Shown: positions 63,638 through 64,000 of the stretch, piece after piece
Layout: each line of letters starts with the position of its first letter
Numbering within the stretch: position 1 is the stretch's first letter
NCBI GenBank assembly: GCA_963731895.1
Contig: CAVSXO010000025.1
Location: forward strand, 11,777 to 75,776
Length of the DNA stretch: 64,000 bases
Direction: 5' to 3'
Origin: an uncultured Solirubrobacterales bacterium
GTDB lineage: Bacteria > Actinomycetota > Thermoleophilia > Solirubrobacterales > JBBDJG01
The notes under the pieces: model-generated
Database searches by the model: none
Seen by the model: the letters and a program-made list of their open reading frames with translations, nothing else
What the model was told of the DNA's origin: nothing
Program-made: the position numbers and the translations under genes

Positions 63638-64000
63638 TGATTTCCCTTCGTCGACCCGCCGTCTCCGGCCCCCTGCTTACTTCGACACATCACATCGTAC
63701 TTTCGCACTGTGTCTATCCATGCAATGAGACTCCCAAAACAGCCGATATTCATCGGCGAGCGCCCAGCGCGCCCTCGACCGTGCTCGGGTGCAATCGAAG
63801 ACCGGGTAGGGTAGGAGGGTGTGTGATCGAGGCGGCGTTGGGCTGCCGCGGGCGGATATCTGCACGAGAGTCGTGCAAACGTCACGCATCGGGCCTGATC
63901 GGAGGCCGACTTTTCCGATCCGTGACAGGGCCTGCGAATCGGTGGTGAGTTGTGCCTGCTATAGGGGCCATAACTCACCAAACGACGAAGGGGCGCGATA

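Noticed and set aside
63640-64000. Lower-GC non-coding stretch upstream of ku with an 8-bp stem hairpin (GGTGAGTT...AACTCACC, ~63944-63979) and GGGGCGCGA at the very window edge, considered as a possible ncRNA (e.g. start of tmRNA)
   Set aside because: I could not recognise conserved motifs of tmRNA, RNase P, SRP or 6S RNA. The candidate 5' end is cut by the window. More likely this is promoter or UTR DNA for ku or the next gene.

Overview
High-GC (roughly 70% by eye) bacterial chromosome segment. Gene content and order point to a deep-branching actinobacterium: actinobacterial-type IHF mihF-gmk-rpoZ-coaBC, nusA-infB-rbfA-truB-ribF-rpsO-pnp-dapB, and a pyrR-pyrB-pyrC-carA-carB-pyrK-pyrD operon with a type-1B DHODH. 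The taxon call is an inference. The window has two parts. (1) About 3.9-26.4 kb is an accessory glycan-assembly island. It holds five paralogous GT-B (GT4-like) glycosyltransferases, three of them in a head-to-tail array. It also holds three paralogous large GT2 enzymes, one small GT2, a GT92 (DUF23) protein with an internally duplicated N-terminal region, three class-I methyltransferases (one fused to a P-loop domain), a PAPS-type sulfotransferase, rfbC, rfbD and an SDR epimerase. (2) About 26.4-64 kb is core housekeeping: translation and RNA genes, the pyrimidine operon with a recognisable PyrR-binding RNA, tRNA-Arg(CCG), a molybdopterin oxidoreductase and Ku. Caveat: a large fraction of genes, including essential ones (pnp, infB, nusA, truB, carA, pyrC), can only be read by changing frame, and there are two in-frame stops. 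The disruptions cluster in hot zones separated by 2-3 kb of clean sequence. I read this mainly as indel-rich assembly or consensus error, not mass pseudogenisation. Disrupted genes are typed 'pseudogene' only in the sense that they are not translatable as given. No CRISPR array, rRNA, transposase or integrase was seen. The most interesting biology is the modular, duplicated and partly mirror-symmetric architecture of the glycan island, and the pyr leader, where a PyrR hairpin sits over the SD of a leader ORF coupled to pyrR.
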